From Octopus sinensis (Eukaryota): a stretch of 64,000 nucleotides of DNA. Where the stretch lies: the NCBI RefSeq assembly GCF_006345805.1, contig NC_043010.1, positions 46,686,001-46,750,000 on the forward strand. Reading direction: 5' to 3'. Below, one piece after another: positions 27,705 through 41,060 of the stretch; position 1 is the first letter of the stretch; every line of letters begins with the position of its first letter. The notes under the pieces were generated by a model. It did not search any database. It saw nothing but the letters and a program-made list of their open reading frames with translations, and was not told the origin of the DNA. The position numbers were made by a program, and so were the translations under genes.

Positions 27705-27925
27705 GCAGCCGTCCAAGAATTTGGACCTGGAGATTTCCATTTCCAGCGACTTCGAGGGCCACCTCCCAGTGGTGTCGGGCATCAATGAAGAGCCCTCGAC
27801 TACAACAAGATGACCAAAGTTTTGGTTTTTTCCAAGGTTTGGGATCTCCTGCCCCTAAGCCCTAAACCATCACCTAAACACCCTTACCCATCTTGTTGCT
27901 TAACAACAACAACAACAACAACAAC
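27705..27925 (+). mobile_element. Second copy of the (CAA)n-tailed repeat
   Basis: Reverse complement of 1921-2110. Confidence 0.75.
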
Positions 27926-28333
27926 AACAGCAACAGTGGCGGCAGCAGCAGCAGTAGTGACAGTGGCAGTAGCAGCTGCTGCAGCAGCAACAGTAGCAGC
28001 AGCTATCATCAGGTAATCTCTACATGTCTGAACCCAATTAGGGCCTTAGAACTCAAAAGGGCCTTAGACTCAATTAAGGCAGCTATTTGAAGCTGCTGGA
28101 AACTGTGGTCAATCTCTGGCTGGAGAAGGTTGCTACTGGAAGGACATATGTGTAACAGTAGGATTTGGTTCCTTGCCATACTGCTTTCTTGTTTCCTGTC
28201 TATGGAGTGATTAGTTCCTCAACCATTTACTACTCACAAAAATTAAGAGATAAACACTTGCTCAGTGGATCAGATCACACAAGTCCATCATAGAATAGAC
28301 ATATGTATTGCTTTTTAATATCACTTGTTCTTT

Positions 28334-28563
28334 GAGGACAGCGAGCTGGTAGAACTGTTAGCACACTGGACGCAGTGCTTAACAGCATTTCATTCATTTT
28401 TATGTACTGAGTTCATATTCTGCTGAGGGCAACTTTGCCTTTCATCCTTTTAGAGTTGATAAAATAAGTACCAGTTTGATCGCAGGGCTGATGTAATTGA
28501 CATACCTCACCCCCTACCCTGGAATTACTGACTTTCTGCCAAAATTTGAAACCAATATTATTC
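28334..28563 (+). mobile_element. SINE family A (older copy)
   Basis: gcgagctggtagaactgttagc head; actttgcctttcatccttt domain. Confidence 0.82.
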
Positions 28564-29008
28564 ATTGTTTGAAGTAGAATATCTGCCACTCATCTATTTA
28601 ACTCAAATAAAATTGGATTAGATACAATAGATTCCATGTTCAAGAGAAATGCATAAAAATGCCAAAATTTTTGGTTTCATTTCTTTAAAATGGTGCCAAA
28701 TTAACAAAACAAAAATCCAGTGTTTGATTGAACAACTGAAAGTAGGGTAGGTCAACCCTGGTTGGCAAATGAAATAAGTGCAATAAACTATGAGTTGCTA
28801 TGACAGAAGATTGTTTAGATTTAATATATAAACAGATTATACAAGAAGAAATAAGTGAGTTCTTTGTTTACCATTCATTTTGTAAAGGGGTTTGTGAAAC
28901 AGCTTCAGAATGTCTTGAGATATTATTAAAATATCTTTACATCTTTATTTACATTTCAGTAACTCAACTAAAAGTTAAATGAGCAAAATGTTGTTTTCTT
29001 TTTCATAG

Positions 29009-29152
29009 GAAAAAATGTTGTTGTGATAACATTCCATCTCATCTTCACAAAAAGTTGGTTCATGTGATGTGGATAGCAAATACAGTTAGTATTGTAAATA
29101 TAGCATTCCTTATGTGGACAGACTTTAGCAAAGCCAATATTTTCTTTCAAAT
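29009..29152 (+). other. Candidate 144-bp symmetric exon
   Basis: Acceptor gttttctttttcatag, donor GTAAGA; single open frame KKCCCDNIPSHLHKKLVHVMWIANTVSIVNIAFLMWTDFSKANIFFQ. Confidence 0.2.
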
Positions 29153-29555
29153 GTAAGATGCAATGTGTGTGTGTGTGGTGTGTGTGTGTGTGCACTATTG
29201 CTCTCTTTATCTTACTCTCTAACTCACTCTTCTTTCTCATCCAACAGGGGTGTACATGCATCTACTCTTTCAGCAAGACACCTATCCCAACCCCTCAACA
29301 CCTTGAATCTCTCATCAGCTGGGACAAAGCCACCACCCATCAATACTACTCGACCCTCCCAGCCGAGGGGCTTTTTGTCTTGCAAGATACATGACAACTC
29401 TGTTAGTACATTATTTACGTTTGATGGATATTTGTCCTCATCTTGTTTGTTGTTAACACAATGTTTTGTGTGACACCGGTATCTGCCACAACTGTGATTT
29501 TGCTTGGCTTGATGGGTCTTCTCAAGCACGAGATAATGCCAAAGGTTTTGGTCAT

Positions 29556-29785
29556 TGCCTCTGTGGGGCCCAACACTCAAAAGGAGCTCAGCCACCTTGC
29601 CTCCATGAAGCCCACTCAAAAGGAACTCAGCCACCTCACCTCACCTCCATGAGGTCCAACATTCGAAAAGAACTCAGCAACTTTGCCTCCATGAGGCCTA
29701 ATGCTCAAAAGGAATTCAGTGACTACACCTCCATGCGGCTCAACACTCAAAAGGTACTCAGCCACTTTACTTCCATGAGGTCCAT
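29556..29785. repeat. 42-bp minisatellite (about 5 copies) inside an RTE-3'UTR-type element
   Basis: Unit ccatgaggcccaacactcaaaaggaactcagccactttgcct; produces the spurious 14-aa repeat ORF 29466-29822. Confidence 0.85.
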
Positions 29786-30439
29786 GAGAATTCATATGAT
29801 TATGAAAAAGAACTTTTTTTAAAATTTTCTTTTTAAAATCTGAGTTTAAAATAATCTGAATTTTTTACTTAAATCCCAGCAATAGGCCATCAAGTGTGTT
29901 TATGGGAAGAAAGATATTGAAAAACATTAAGACATCAGAGTGATAAAGAAATGAGGAGGGTAACAGGTGGTTGCGAGATGTGCTAAAAATAATAGCTAAA
30001 TAGTGCTTAAATCACACACATGTTTTTGCGTAATTATATGAATGCCTGTGTGTAGAACACATATTTGTAAAAGATTTTCTGAATATTCCCAAAAATGAAA
30101 AAAAGTTATGCAGGGTTATATGAAGTGCTTAAACCAGAATTCCACCACCCCCACCAAAAAAAAAAAAAATAGTGGAGCATATTGTTGTAATAATATCAGT
30201 CACATACCTCTTTAACTGACACTTGTGGTGCAGGAAGAATCATGATTTCTTTGAATATATTTAGTTTTCCTGAGGTTAATTTACCACAATGCATTAGGGT
30301 TACCATAGGAATCGGTAGACGATATTTAAAATCCACCTGAAGATATAAAAACATTAATTAATTATACAAATAAATACAAGAATCATTTTCAATCTGAAAT
30401 TCCAAGGAAAAAAATCATGAGTATAGAGCCCAGTGGTCA

Positions 30440-30747
30440 GAAGGTGACCACTACTTCTGGTCAAGTAGCCCATCCCTCTCAAAAAGTCCCTAAATAAGGA
30501 TTGTTTAAGAATGTTGAACGAACCACTCATGTTTCCAAAAGTGAATTATCCAAACCTCCAAGAATTCCTTTTAACACATGGCTATGATGCTCCCCCACTA
30601 CTTCTGCTCGTGATCAGAGATGCACATATCGTCAGCCACTAAGGGACATGCTCAACTGGTTACGGTCAAACAACTGACAAGCAAATCTGTGGTATTGAGC
30701 AGAATATTTGCTGTAGCCCATCTTTTATACCAAGACAAAACAATGTA

Positions 30748-30748
<1 letters not shown>
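30440..30748 (-). mobile_element. Partial copy of the (TAA)n-flanked element seen at 54345-54901
   Basis: Reverse complement match (gtcccttagtggctgacgatatgtgcatctc); abuts a (TAT)n tract. Confidence 0.85.
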
Positions 30749-30846
<98 letters not shown>

Positions 30847-30865
30847 TACTACTACTACTACTACT

Positions 30866-31050
30866 GAGGTGGCAAGCTGGCAGAATCATTAACATGCTGG
30901 ACAAAATGTTTAGCAGTATTTCCGTTGCTGTGTTCTGAGCTCAAATTCCACCAAGGTAACTTTGTTTTTCATCCTTTCAGAGTTGATAAATCAAGTACCA
31001 GTGAAACATTGGGGTCAATGTAATCGACTAATCCCCTCTCTCCTCTTGTT
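30866..31050 (+). mobile_element. SINE family A
   Basis: gaggtggcaagctggcagaatc head; ctttgtttttcatcctttc domain. Confidence 0.82.
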
Positions 31051-31369
31051 CTGCTTAATCTATTTTGTCTTTCTATGGTATGTATCCTTATCTACGCAGT
31101 CATTTGTGTGCATGTATGTGTTGCATGTGTGTGTTTTGTGTGTGTGTATATGAGTTTGCTTACTACACTGTTTGTACCCGTGTCTTCTATTTAGTTATTT
31201 TATTTATTTGGTTATTTTCTTATTTATTTGTTTTTTCTTTTTCATTTGGTCTTTAGTATGTGTACATGTAGAGGAAACACATGGGGTAAAAGAGTCATTG
31301 AAGCAGTCACAGGGTATGTGACAAAGCTTTGACAAAGAAACTAAAATAATGATAATAATAATAATAACA

Positions 31370-31460
<91 letters not shown>

Positions 31461-31464
31461 TATA

Positions 31465-31937
31465 ATGAAAGACCAAAACAATAAAGTTTGCTTATTGATC
31501 GACATGAGCATCCCCTGTGATCATAATATCTCGGCGAAAGAGTTTGACAAGCTCAGAAAATATAAAGACCTGCTCATTGAAATTGAGAAAATGTGGCATC
31601 TCAAGGCGGTTACAATACCAGTGATCATAGGAGCACTAGGAATGATCAAGAAGGGAACCAAAAATTATATGAGAATGATCCCTGGCTTACCATCCCTGCA
31701 AGAAGTGCAAAAGATTGTCTTAACTGGTACATCACACGTATTGAGAAGAGCATTGTCGATGTGAGAACTATTACTACCCATGTATTTTAATTTAACTTTA
31801 AAAAAAAAAAAAATGAACGAACTAGTGAGTTTAGCTTAATGGCCTACCAATGTATACTATGAGTTTCTTTGCCCTAGGAGTCGGGAAGACACTCTGCAAG
31901 AAATGGAAGCAAATTTGAAAGAAGAAGAAACAAAAAA
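31465..31937 (+). mobile_element. R4/Dong-clade non-LTR retrotransposon 3' end (restriction-like endonuclease domain and 3' UTR) within (TAA)n
   Basis: Open frame KVCLLIDMSIPCDHNISAKEFDKLRKYKDL...IPVIIGALG...LQEVQKIVLTGTSHVLRR; (TAA)n on both sides (31345-31463 and 31938-31961). Confidence 0.88.
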
Positions 31938-32899
31938 ATAATAATAATAATAATAATAATAAAACTGAAATGAAAACCAAGTATATAGTGTGTGCATTTA
32001 ATTGCCAAAATATGACCATCCCCAAGTATAACATCTTTTTCCTATTTATGTGTATCTCTTTCAATGTTATTTAAATTAACATGAAAAATATGGTATCATA
32101 GTGTTTATAGGATTTTAGGAATTTTTTTTTTGAGCTCTACTGTTCTTTTGCTTACTGTTTTTGAAATTTGAATAAATTTTACCTCATTGACAATGGAGTG
32201 CCAATTACAAAAAAAAAAAAAAGAAAAAGAAAAATAAAGAAAAAAGAAACAAATTTATTTGACAGCCCTATACATGTACAATCCTCTCGCACCAGTCCAT
32301 TAATGAAATAGATACATAGAGGCCTCTTCACACTGACACTAACTTTACCATGTGTAAATGATGGGTTGAAACTTCTGAAAGTATGATTCTTCACATAATA
32401 TGATCTTTTGTTATGTAGTTTTTACCAAGGTGAAGTATTTTCTTATCACTTATCTACTTGACTCTCTGTTTATGACATGCAAATCTCTTGTGGAATTTGG
32501 AAAATTAGGTTTTTCTTTTCATTTGTCATAAATTGCTATCAACAAACTATATTCTGTCTGTTTCCACTGAAAGAAATGGTAGCGTACTTCAAGAGTATTT
32601 ACCACTGTTGTGAGCACATTAATTGCTGTTATCTTTACAGTCGAGATAAGGTAATTGTAGAAGACATCGGTAATATAAATTGTCATTTGAGAAGTACAAC
32701 CATAACAGAAATCATGTTAGTTTTTGACAATGATAAGCTATTTCTCTGTGTCCTCTGTGTGTGTGTGAATGTAAGTATATGCATGTGTGTGTGTACGTGT
32801 ATACATGAGTGTATCTTCATACTTATCAACATATGTATATATATATATACATATGCATACAAGAATAGATATATATGCATATATATATATATATATATA

Positions 32900-33019
<120 letters not shown>

Positions 33020-33589
33020 AAGAGAGAGAGATAGATAGATACAGATATAGATATATATACACATATATAAGTGTATGTGCCCATATACACACATATATAT
33101 ATCCATATGTACATATACATTCTGACAAACATATATATGTGTATTCATACTCATATTTATTCATATACACACACACTCACACGTACATATTTAAACACCA
33201 CACACACACACCTCATATCCATACACATTGCACACTGTTAACCACTGAAAATTAATCCAGTTTCAACATCAAGACATGTTGAAGTGAGTTATTTAAGATA
33301 ACAGACAATATACCAAGTTGTGTTCATCAACAGAGAAAAGCAACATATAACAAGGCAAGCAAAAATCTTACATTTGAAAGAGATTGGATGTAGGCTGCAT
33401 GGTCTAGATTGCTTCTCCTTTTTTGTGCTATGTGTTTATATTTACTTCAGAAAGAGTGCATTGCATCTCTAATAATCTTTATGTAGAAGAAAGAAGAGCT
33501 AAGAATGTGTTTGTGTTGAGTTGAGTAAGTACTGTTTATATTTTCTTGTAAGAAAATTAGTATTGTAGCAAGAGAGTGTTGTTACTGTG

Positions 33590-34270
33590 AAGGTTTGCGG
33601 CTTAGTGGTTAGGGTAATTAGCTCACAATCATAAGATGGTGAGTTTGATTCCAGATGATACATTGTAGGCATAGGAGTGGCTGTGAGGTAAGTAGCTTGC
33701 TTACGAACCACATGGTTCCGGGTTCAGTCCCACTGCGTGGCACCTTGGGCAAGTGTCTTCTACTATAGCCTCGGACTGACCAAAGCCTTGGGAGTGGATT
33801 TGGTAGATGGAAACTGAAAGAAGCCCATCGTATGTGTGTGTGTGTGTTTGTGTTTGTCCTCACCAACATCGCTTGACAACCAATGCTGGTGTGTTTACGT
33901 CTCCGTAACTTAGCGGTTTGGCAAATGAGACCGATAGAATAAGTACTAGGCTTACAAAGAATAATTCCTGGAGTAGATTTGCTCGACTAAAAGCAGTGCT
34001 CCAGCATGGCCACAGTCAAATGACTGAAACATGTTAAAGAGTAACCTTGAGAAAGACTCTTTATTTTATGTTGCCCCAGTCCACTCAGCTGGCAAAAATT
34101 GAGTTGTACCTGTAATTCAAAGGGCCAGCCTTGTCACATTCTGTGCCATACTGAATCTCTCTGAGACCTAACTACATTAAGAGTATGCATGTCTGTGGAA
34201 CATTCAGCCACTCACATGTTAATTTCATGAGCAGGCTGTTCAATTGATCAAATCAACTGTAACCTTCATT
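33590..34270 (+). mobile_element. SINE family C (tail Y) interrupted by a SINE family B copy (33668-34044)
   Basis: Family C head ends at cattgt and resumes at ccttgagaaagac after the family B insert. Confidence 0.82.
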
Positions 34271-34274
34271 GTCA

Positions 34275-34934
34275 GTTTTTAATGTCATTACTTCAAATTC
34301 TGCATAGTTTTAAACACATTCCAGAGTTGAACTACAAGTGTTGTTGTCATTATTTAGCCTCAAAATTCAATTGTGACTCTTCTAGATTAATTCTCTTCTT
34401 AATTAGTTGTACTCTTTCAGTAACTGTCATAACCTGGGCCAACTATTTGATGGTGCTGCTGTAGCTTCCCTTCTTCAGTGCAGAATTAATAGTCAAGACT
34501 ATTTCAGCATTTTATCTGATCAATTTCATCCTATGGTTGCAGAACTGTTTCCGGAGGGAAACGCAATCTTTCAGGATGATAATGCACCAATTCACAAAGC
34601 TAAAGTTGTTACTGAATGGCATGAGGAACATTTTAGTGAAGTTGAACATCTTATCTGGCCACCACAGTCCCCAGATCTCAATATTATTGAACATTTGTGG
34701 TGCATTTTAGAAAAACAAGTAAGCATTGATATCCTCCACCATCATCACTACAAGAACTGGAAACTGTTTTAGCTGAAGAATGGACAAAAATTCCTTTGGA
34801 AACAATTCAAACTTTGTACGGGTCCATACCTCATAGAATTTAAGCTGTAATTACTGCCAAAGGCGGTCCTACCCCATATTAAAATAAATTTGTTTGAAAT
34901 TTTAAGAGGTTTCCACTATTTTGTCCAACTCCTG
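34275..34934 (+). mobile_element. Tc1-like transposon relic with DD36E spacing; right TIR present
   Basis: FQDDNAPIH...WPPQSPDLNIIEHLW; D codon at 34578 and E codon at 34689 give 36 intervening residues; ends ttgtccaactcctg|TA. Confidence 0.9.
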
Positions 34935-34970
34935 TATATATTCATGTATACATACTTATACATAAATGTT

Positions 34971-35003
<33 letters not shown>

Positions 35004-35520
35004 GCATGTGTGTACATGTATCAAACCATATATGCTAACTAGAATTTTATCATGCATGCCTCTTACATTGAAATTGTCTCAGCTTACATACAGTTTGCTC
35101 AATATCTTCTTCATCATCACCACCACCACCACCATCATCATCATCAACATGGTATAAAACAAACAAAAGAACCTTTGGTTATATAACTCTCTCTCTCTCT
35201 CTCTCTTCCTTTCTGTCTCCGTCTCTCTCTCTGTCCCTGTATATCATTTTAAAATCACTTGTAAAATGTCAGGAATTATTTAGATAAGTTCGCTAAGGTC
35301 AGGAAATCCACTATAAATAATACAAGAGTGATTGTAAACACAGCATGAGAAATACCTCTCATAGGATACTTTCCTTAGTATTTAATCTGTGGTTCCTCAC
35401 GCAGCAGTCCACCAAAACAGAATATGTATATAAATAAATTTTAAGACTTAAATTTTAAAAAGAAATAGTTGAAAATGAATCAGGAACTCACTAACTGAAA
35501 AAATACCCAAACTAAAATCA

Positions 35521-35772
35521 AAGGACCTCATTCCAGCGACGATTTCATCTCAATCGAAAGAGAGGGGCTTTCTCCGTCCGGGTTGCGGATCCGTGGAATA
35601 AGCTGCCGGACGAGATAGTGAAGATGCCGACGACCGCTCGGTTCAAAGTCTCCCTTGACCACAAATGGCCTGAACTCTTTGCATGAACACCACCCTGTAC
35701 ATAACTCCATGTCCCCCTACATGGCCTTGCTGTTTGCTTTATGAGCCAAAATATTAACTTAACTTAACTTAA
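35521..35772 (+). mobile_element. CR1-clade LINE, 5'-truncated, with (AACTT)n tail
   Basis: FSVRVADPWNKLPDEIVKMPTTARFKVSLDHKWPELFA* matches the CR1 ORF2 C-terminal FS.RV...WN.LP...FK..LD pattern; CpG-rich. Confidence 0.88.
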
Positions 35773-35819
35773 GCAATGAGATCCAGTAATAGATAGCTTT
35801 TACTAACTTTATACAACAT

Positions 35820-36400
35820 GTGTCTTAGTGGTTAATGCATTCAGCTCTCGATCATAAGGTCAAAGGTCATGAATTTAAATTCCGGTGGTGTGTTGTGGCC
35901 TTAAGCAAGATTCTTTATTTCACATTGCTCCAGTTCACTCAACTGGCAAAAACGAGTAGTAGTTCAATGAAGTTAGTTACCTTCTTGAGTCATACTGATT
36001 CAGGCCAGTTTCCCAGTTTCATGGCATATGTATTCCCCACCGGATGGAACGCTGGTTGATCAAAGGATTATTCATTCTTGTCAGCTGAGTGGACTGGAGC
36101 AATGTGAAATGAAGTGTTTAGCTCAAGAACACAACATGTTGCCTGGTCCAGGAATCAAAACCGCAATCTTGTGATCATGAGTCCCATACCCTAACCACTA
36201 ATCCACATGCCTCCACATAGTAGTTCAATGGACCAGCCTGGTCACATTTGGTGTGTCATGCTAGATCTCCCTGAGAACTATCGTAAGGGTATACATGTCT
36301 GTGGAGTGGTCAATCATGTGCATGTTAATTTCACAAGTAGGCAGTGCTGTTGATCAAATCAACTGGAACTCTTGTCATCATAAGTAACGGAGTGCCCAGC
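35820..36400. mobile_element. SINE family C (+) interrupted by an inverted family C/tail Z copy (35987-36217, -)
   Basis: Head and middle at 35820-35965, tail Y at 36230-36390; the intervening sequence is the reverse complement of the 6302-type SINE. Confidence 0.78.
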
Positions 36401-38469
36401 CACACACACAAGTAAATATTTGTGTGCTCTGGTCAAAATGATATTAAAAAAATAAGGGATACTTTGGTATAATGGTAGCAAATCTGCCATGACCACAGAA
36501 GATGTGGGCTTGAGTCCCACAGGCAGCTTTTGACTTTTTCCCCAATGGTGCTCCAGTATGACTGCAGTCATATGGCTGGAATGTATAAGAGAAATGTCTA
36601 TCTTAGTGTGTATGTATATGGGTTCACCTGTACTCGTAACAATTTTTGTATACATATATATATATGTATATACACACACATACACACATGTACATACATG
36701 CTCATGGCTTCTCAGCCTTTTGGCTAAGATCAGAATACAGTATATACATGTTCAAACACACAAACAATTTGACTCATTATAAGCAATGTGAAACCAAACC
36801 CAAGTCGCCTTGTCTAAATAATGATCTATTGCATTGGCATAAACTAACGAAGGATCTTCTATGCAGGTACACATCCTGCTAAAAATAGCAGTCAAATCTC
36901 TCCCAAATCACACAATAGCATCTTTTAAAAAAAAGGAAGATCATCACATGCTTGCAAAAATAAGGTGGGCTGGTCATGGCTGAAAATCCTTTGATCATAG
37001 GTCTGCTTCCTCAAGGCTGATTGTGGACTAAAGGATAGCAACAACAACAATAGCACACCAACTATACAATAATGATGTCATCGTCATCATCATCATTACC
37101 ATTTTCATTTAATATCGTTTTCCTATGCTGGTATGCGTTGGACAGTTTGACAGAAACTGGTGAGCTAGAAGACTATGTCAAATTCCAGTGTCTTCTTTGC
37201 AGTGGTTTCTACTACTAAATACTTCTTCCTAATGTCAACTATCTTACAGAATATATTGTGTGCTTTCTACATGGCACTGGCACCAATGATGTCACCAAGT
37301 AACTCACTCAAATTTGTCTGTATCATCTGGAAAAAAAGAAAGGACACATTCATTGGTTCATGTAGTCAGGGGTACACTGTGCAGTATCTCTGAATAAAAT
37401 TAAGTGGGTTGGTCACAGGTGGAATGTCTTTGATTATGGGTCTCTTTAATAAGAGTTGACTTCTGACTAAAATGTGACAATAGCAATTGTATTGCTACCT
37501 CTCATCTCTGAGTGGGGAGTAGTATTGAGGGAGGTGGCTATATTCCAGGTGACAAGCAGTTATATAACGACCAACTACAGGTAGTAAGCTACTAAATTCT
37601 TATATTCTCTTGATTTCCTGTAATTCAGACCACCTCATCATCCCATAAGACAAAATGGAAAAAGCATTGCTCCAGGGGATGGCAAGAGAGATGCACCGGA
37701 ATATCCACTCTGACTCATGGGCTCATACTTGCAGACAGCCATCTCCATCCTGATAGCAGGGAGCAGGGATATGGTCCAGGGGCTGCAAACATCGGAAGTC
37801 TCCACTACAACAGGCTTAACCATAAACTTGTCGGAGAACAAACAATACTATGGCAGTTTGCTCTTCTCAGCCTGATGAGCAGCAGAGCCTGGGCTTGTAG
37901 CTGAACACACCAGACTGCTGCTGGAGATGTCACATCATGTAGCTATCCCAAATAAGGGGCATACTGCCATAGAGCAGGAAAATTGTCATATCATCAAGCC
38001 TTTGACCGTCCCCTCAGTCTAACCCAACTGGCTCAAGCTGGGAAGGGAAGCTTGTGGTGTCTAGGCTATGCTTTATGATTTTGTTAAGGACAGCGTGGCA
38101 CAGAAGGTAACCAGCATTTTAGGGGCATGACAATGGGTGGAGGCTGAAGGAATCCACAGTGAATCCACAGCGGCATTCATGAGGTTTACAGATCTAGAGA
38201 GGCCAAGCCTCCATGGAAATGCCAAAGTGCAGACAATCACTATCAAGCTGAGTGCCAGTCACAAATATTGGCACCACATTGAGCCAGCCTCTGCTGTGAG
38301 GCTCAGAGGCTGAGCAGAAATATGCAAGATGGTGCCTGTCAAGTCAGTGCACTAACTCATCCAAGATCAAAGGTTAAAGTTTGAGAGAGAGAGGAACAGG
38401 TGTAATGTTGTAGGGGAGATGCATGGTTGCTTCAGTTGGAAAAGAGAGAAGATGGTGGTAAAGATGTGT

Positions 38470-39146
38470 CAGGGCATTCTCTCTTCATAATGGAAAGATA
38501 GTTGCACATTTTCAGCATTTATTGTACCTGTGCATCTTCCTCATACAAAAGATAGTTTCCTTGTTAACCTTCCACTGATATTGCTGCACTTTTTATTTGT
38601 CCAAAGCTTACCTACACCTTTTTTACAGATCAAGCAGAGCCATCTACCTGAAGGGATTTTTGATTTGTCTGCCTTTCTACTTACTAAGACTTTGGTTTTT
38701 GCTAGGTTAACTCTAAGGCCCTTCGATTCTAGACCTTGCTGCCATACCTGGAACTTCTTTAGTTCAGGTAGTGATTCAGCTACAAGAGCAAGGTCATCAG
38801 CATAGAGGAGCTCCCAAGGGCAGCCTGTCTCAAATTCCCCTGTTATTGCCTGGAGGACTATGATGAAGAAGAGGGAGCTGAGCACTGATCCTTGGTGAAC
38901 CCCTACTTGTACCCTGAATTCTTCGCTATACTCATTACTAGCCCTCACCTTACTGTATATAGCTCTCACCAACCACTCATCTATCCTTAGTCTCTGCACT
39001 GACCACCAGATAAGGGATTGGGAGACCCTGTCAAAGGCTTTCTCCAAGTCAATAACAGCCAAGTACAGAGGTTTATCTTTGGTTATCTGTTTCTCCTGCA
39101 GCTGCCTTACCAGAAATATAACATCAGGGGTGCTTTTCCCTGGCAC
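38470..39146 (-). mobile_element. RTE-clade LINE reverse transcriptase fragment
   Basis: PGKSTPDVIFLVRQLQEK...IDLEKAFDRV...VGVHQGSVLSSLFF...ELLYADDLAL: canonical RT motifs including YADD. Confidence 0.95.
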
Positions 39147-39159
39147 AAAACCAAATTAT

Positions 39160-39450
39160 ATATATCTTTTATCTTTTACTTGTTTCAGTCACTTGACTGT
39201 GGCTATGCTGGGGCACCACCTTGAAGGCTTTTTGTCAAACAAATTGATGCCAGCACTTGTCAAGGGGTGGTGGGACACACACACACATATGACAGGCTTC
39301 TTTCAGTTTCCGTCTACCAAGTCCACTCACAAAGCTTTGGTTGACCTGAACCTATAATAGAAGACACTTAGCCAAGTACCACACAGTGGGACTGAACCTG
39401 GTACCATCTGGCTGGGAAGCAAGTTTCTTACCACACAGCCATGCCTGCAT
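39160..39450 (-). mobile_element. SINE family B
   Basis: caggcttctttcagtttccgtctacc... matches the other family B copies. Confidence 0.85.
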
Positions 39451-39951
39451 ATACACATATATTCTTTTTGACTGCTGCATGAGGAAGCACTGATAAAATA
39501 TTGAGGGAAGTATCCTATAAGAGGTGTTTCTCATTTTGTGTTTACAATTGCTAGTATTATTTACAGTGGGTTTCCTGACCTTAAAGAATTTATTTAAATA
39601 ATTTCTGACATTTTACAACTGATTTTAAAAAGAGATACAGTCACAGGCAGAAAAAGAAAAATGTGGCTAAAGGTTCTTTTCTGTCTGCCAATTTCATGCT
39701 ATTGATGATGATGATGATGATGGTGATGATGAGGAGGAGGTGATGATGGAAGAAAAAGATATTGCGCACTTGATTTGTAAGCTGAAACTGTTTAAATACA
39801 AGAGGAGTGCATAATAAAATTCTGGTTAGGTGTATCTGGCATGACACAAACATACACAACCCCACCCACAGACACACGTATGTATATCTGTACATACACA
39901 TATATACATACATACACACATACATACATACATATATATATACATATACAT

Positions 39952-39998
<47 letters not shown>

Positions 39999-40032
39999 AT
40001 ACATATATATACATATATACATATATATATAC

Positions 40033-40111
<79 letters not shown>

Positions 40112-41060
40112 TTATTGGCTAAACTGGCAAAATGACCATTCCTAAATACAACAATATATATATATATAATATATATATATGGCCATAGGGAGTGTAAATA
40201 TGTTGTTTTTTTTTGCTTGGACACTGGCTTTTCTTAAAAGGTTTCCTTTTATCATAAAAAGTAACTTTTAATCATAAAAATTCTTAATCGATGAACTTTT
40301 ATCTATACCTTATGTATTTATTTGTTTCTTATATAAACTTAGATATGTTTCGACCAAAGATTGGTCCAGGCCATGTCTAACTTAATAGCACCACCTGATT
40401 ATACGTATTTTTATATTTTTATATATTTATCATTCTAGGTTTTATAATGTAAAAAATTTTTTTAGACACTGAAGTATCAATTTTTTAATTTTTTATATTG
40501 TGATAGACTGTACTCACTTTTTTCTATATGCTTGTCTAAATGAAATATTGTTTCATCTTCTGTGATTTTGTGCATCCGTATTCTATGTATAAGAAAAAGC
40601 ATTATGTTTCTTTATATGGGATTAAATGTTCGAGATGTGATATGTTAGGTGGATGACCTTAAATTTGTTGCTTGTTCTACAACCAAAGTTTGTTATATAT
40701 ATTTATATGCATGTATGCATACATGAGTGTATGTATTCAAGCAATTTCCGATATTTCAAGTTACAGAGATGCAGGTAATTGCTTCATATGCTGTAAGACA
40801 TACCCACACAACACATATATACTCATATCTATAACTACACCACCTCCACCTACCCAGCTAGCCCTCTCTTTTCTTGTCTGTTATGTGCTACGTTAAGCAA
40901 CTGGTTAGCTGGTATGTTAACCTCACTGATTTCACCTATATTGGAGGGGACCCTCTTTGCAGCCCTCCAAGGTAGCCGGAGATACTGTTAACATTCTATG
41001 ATAACTACACAGGCCTAGGTTCAGGAACACTGGAGGGGTGTCCGATCTGATACCTATTTC

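Noticed and set aside
29466-29822. Protein with a 14-aa repeat
   Set aside because: A 42-bp minisatellite in a TE UTR that happens to be a multiple of three.
37620-38400. GC-rich stretch as coding sequence
   Set aside because: No long open frame or motif in the frames I read; probably old LINE UTR sequence, unassigned.
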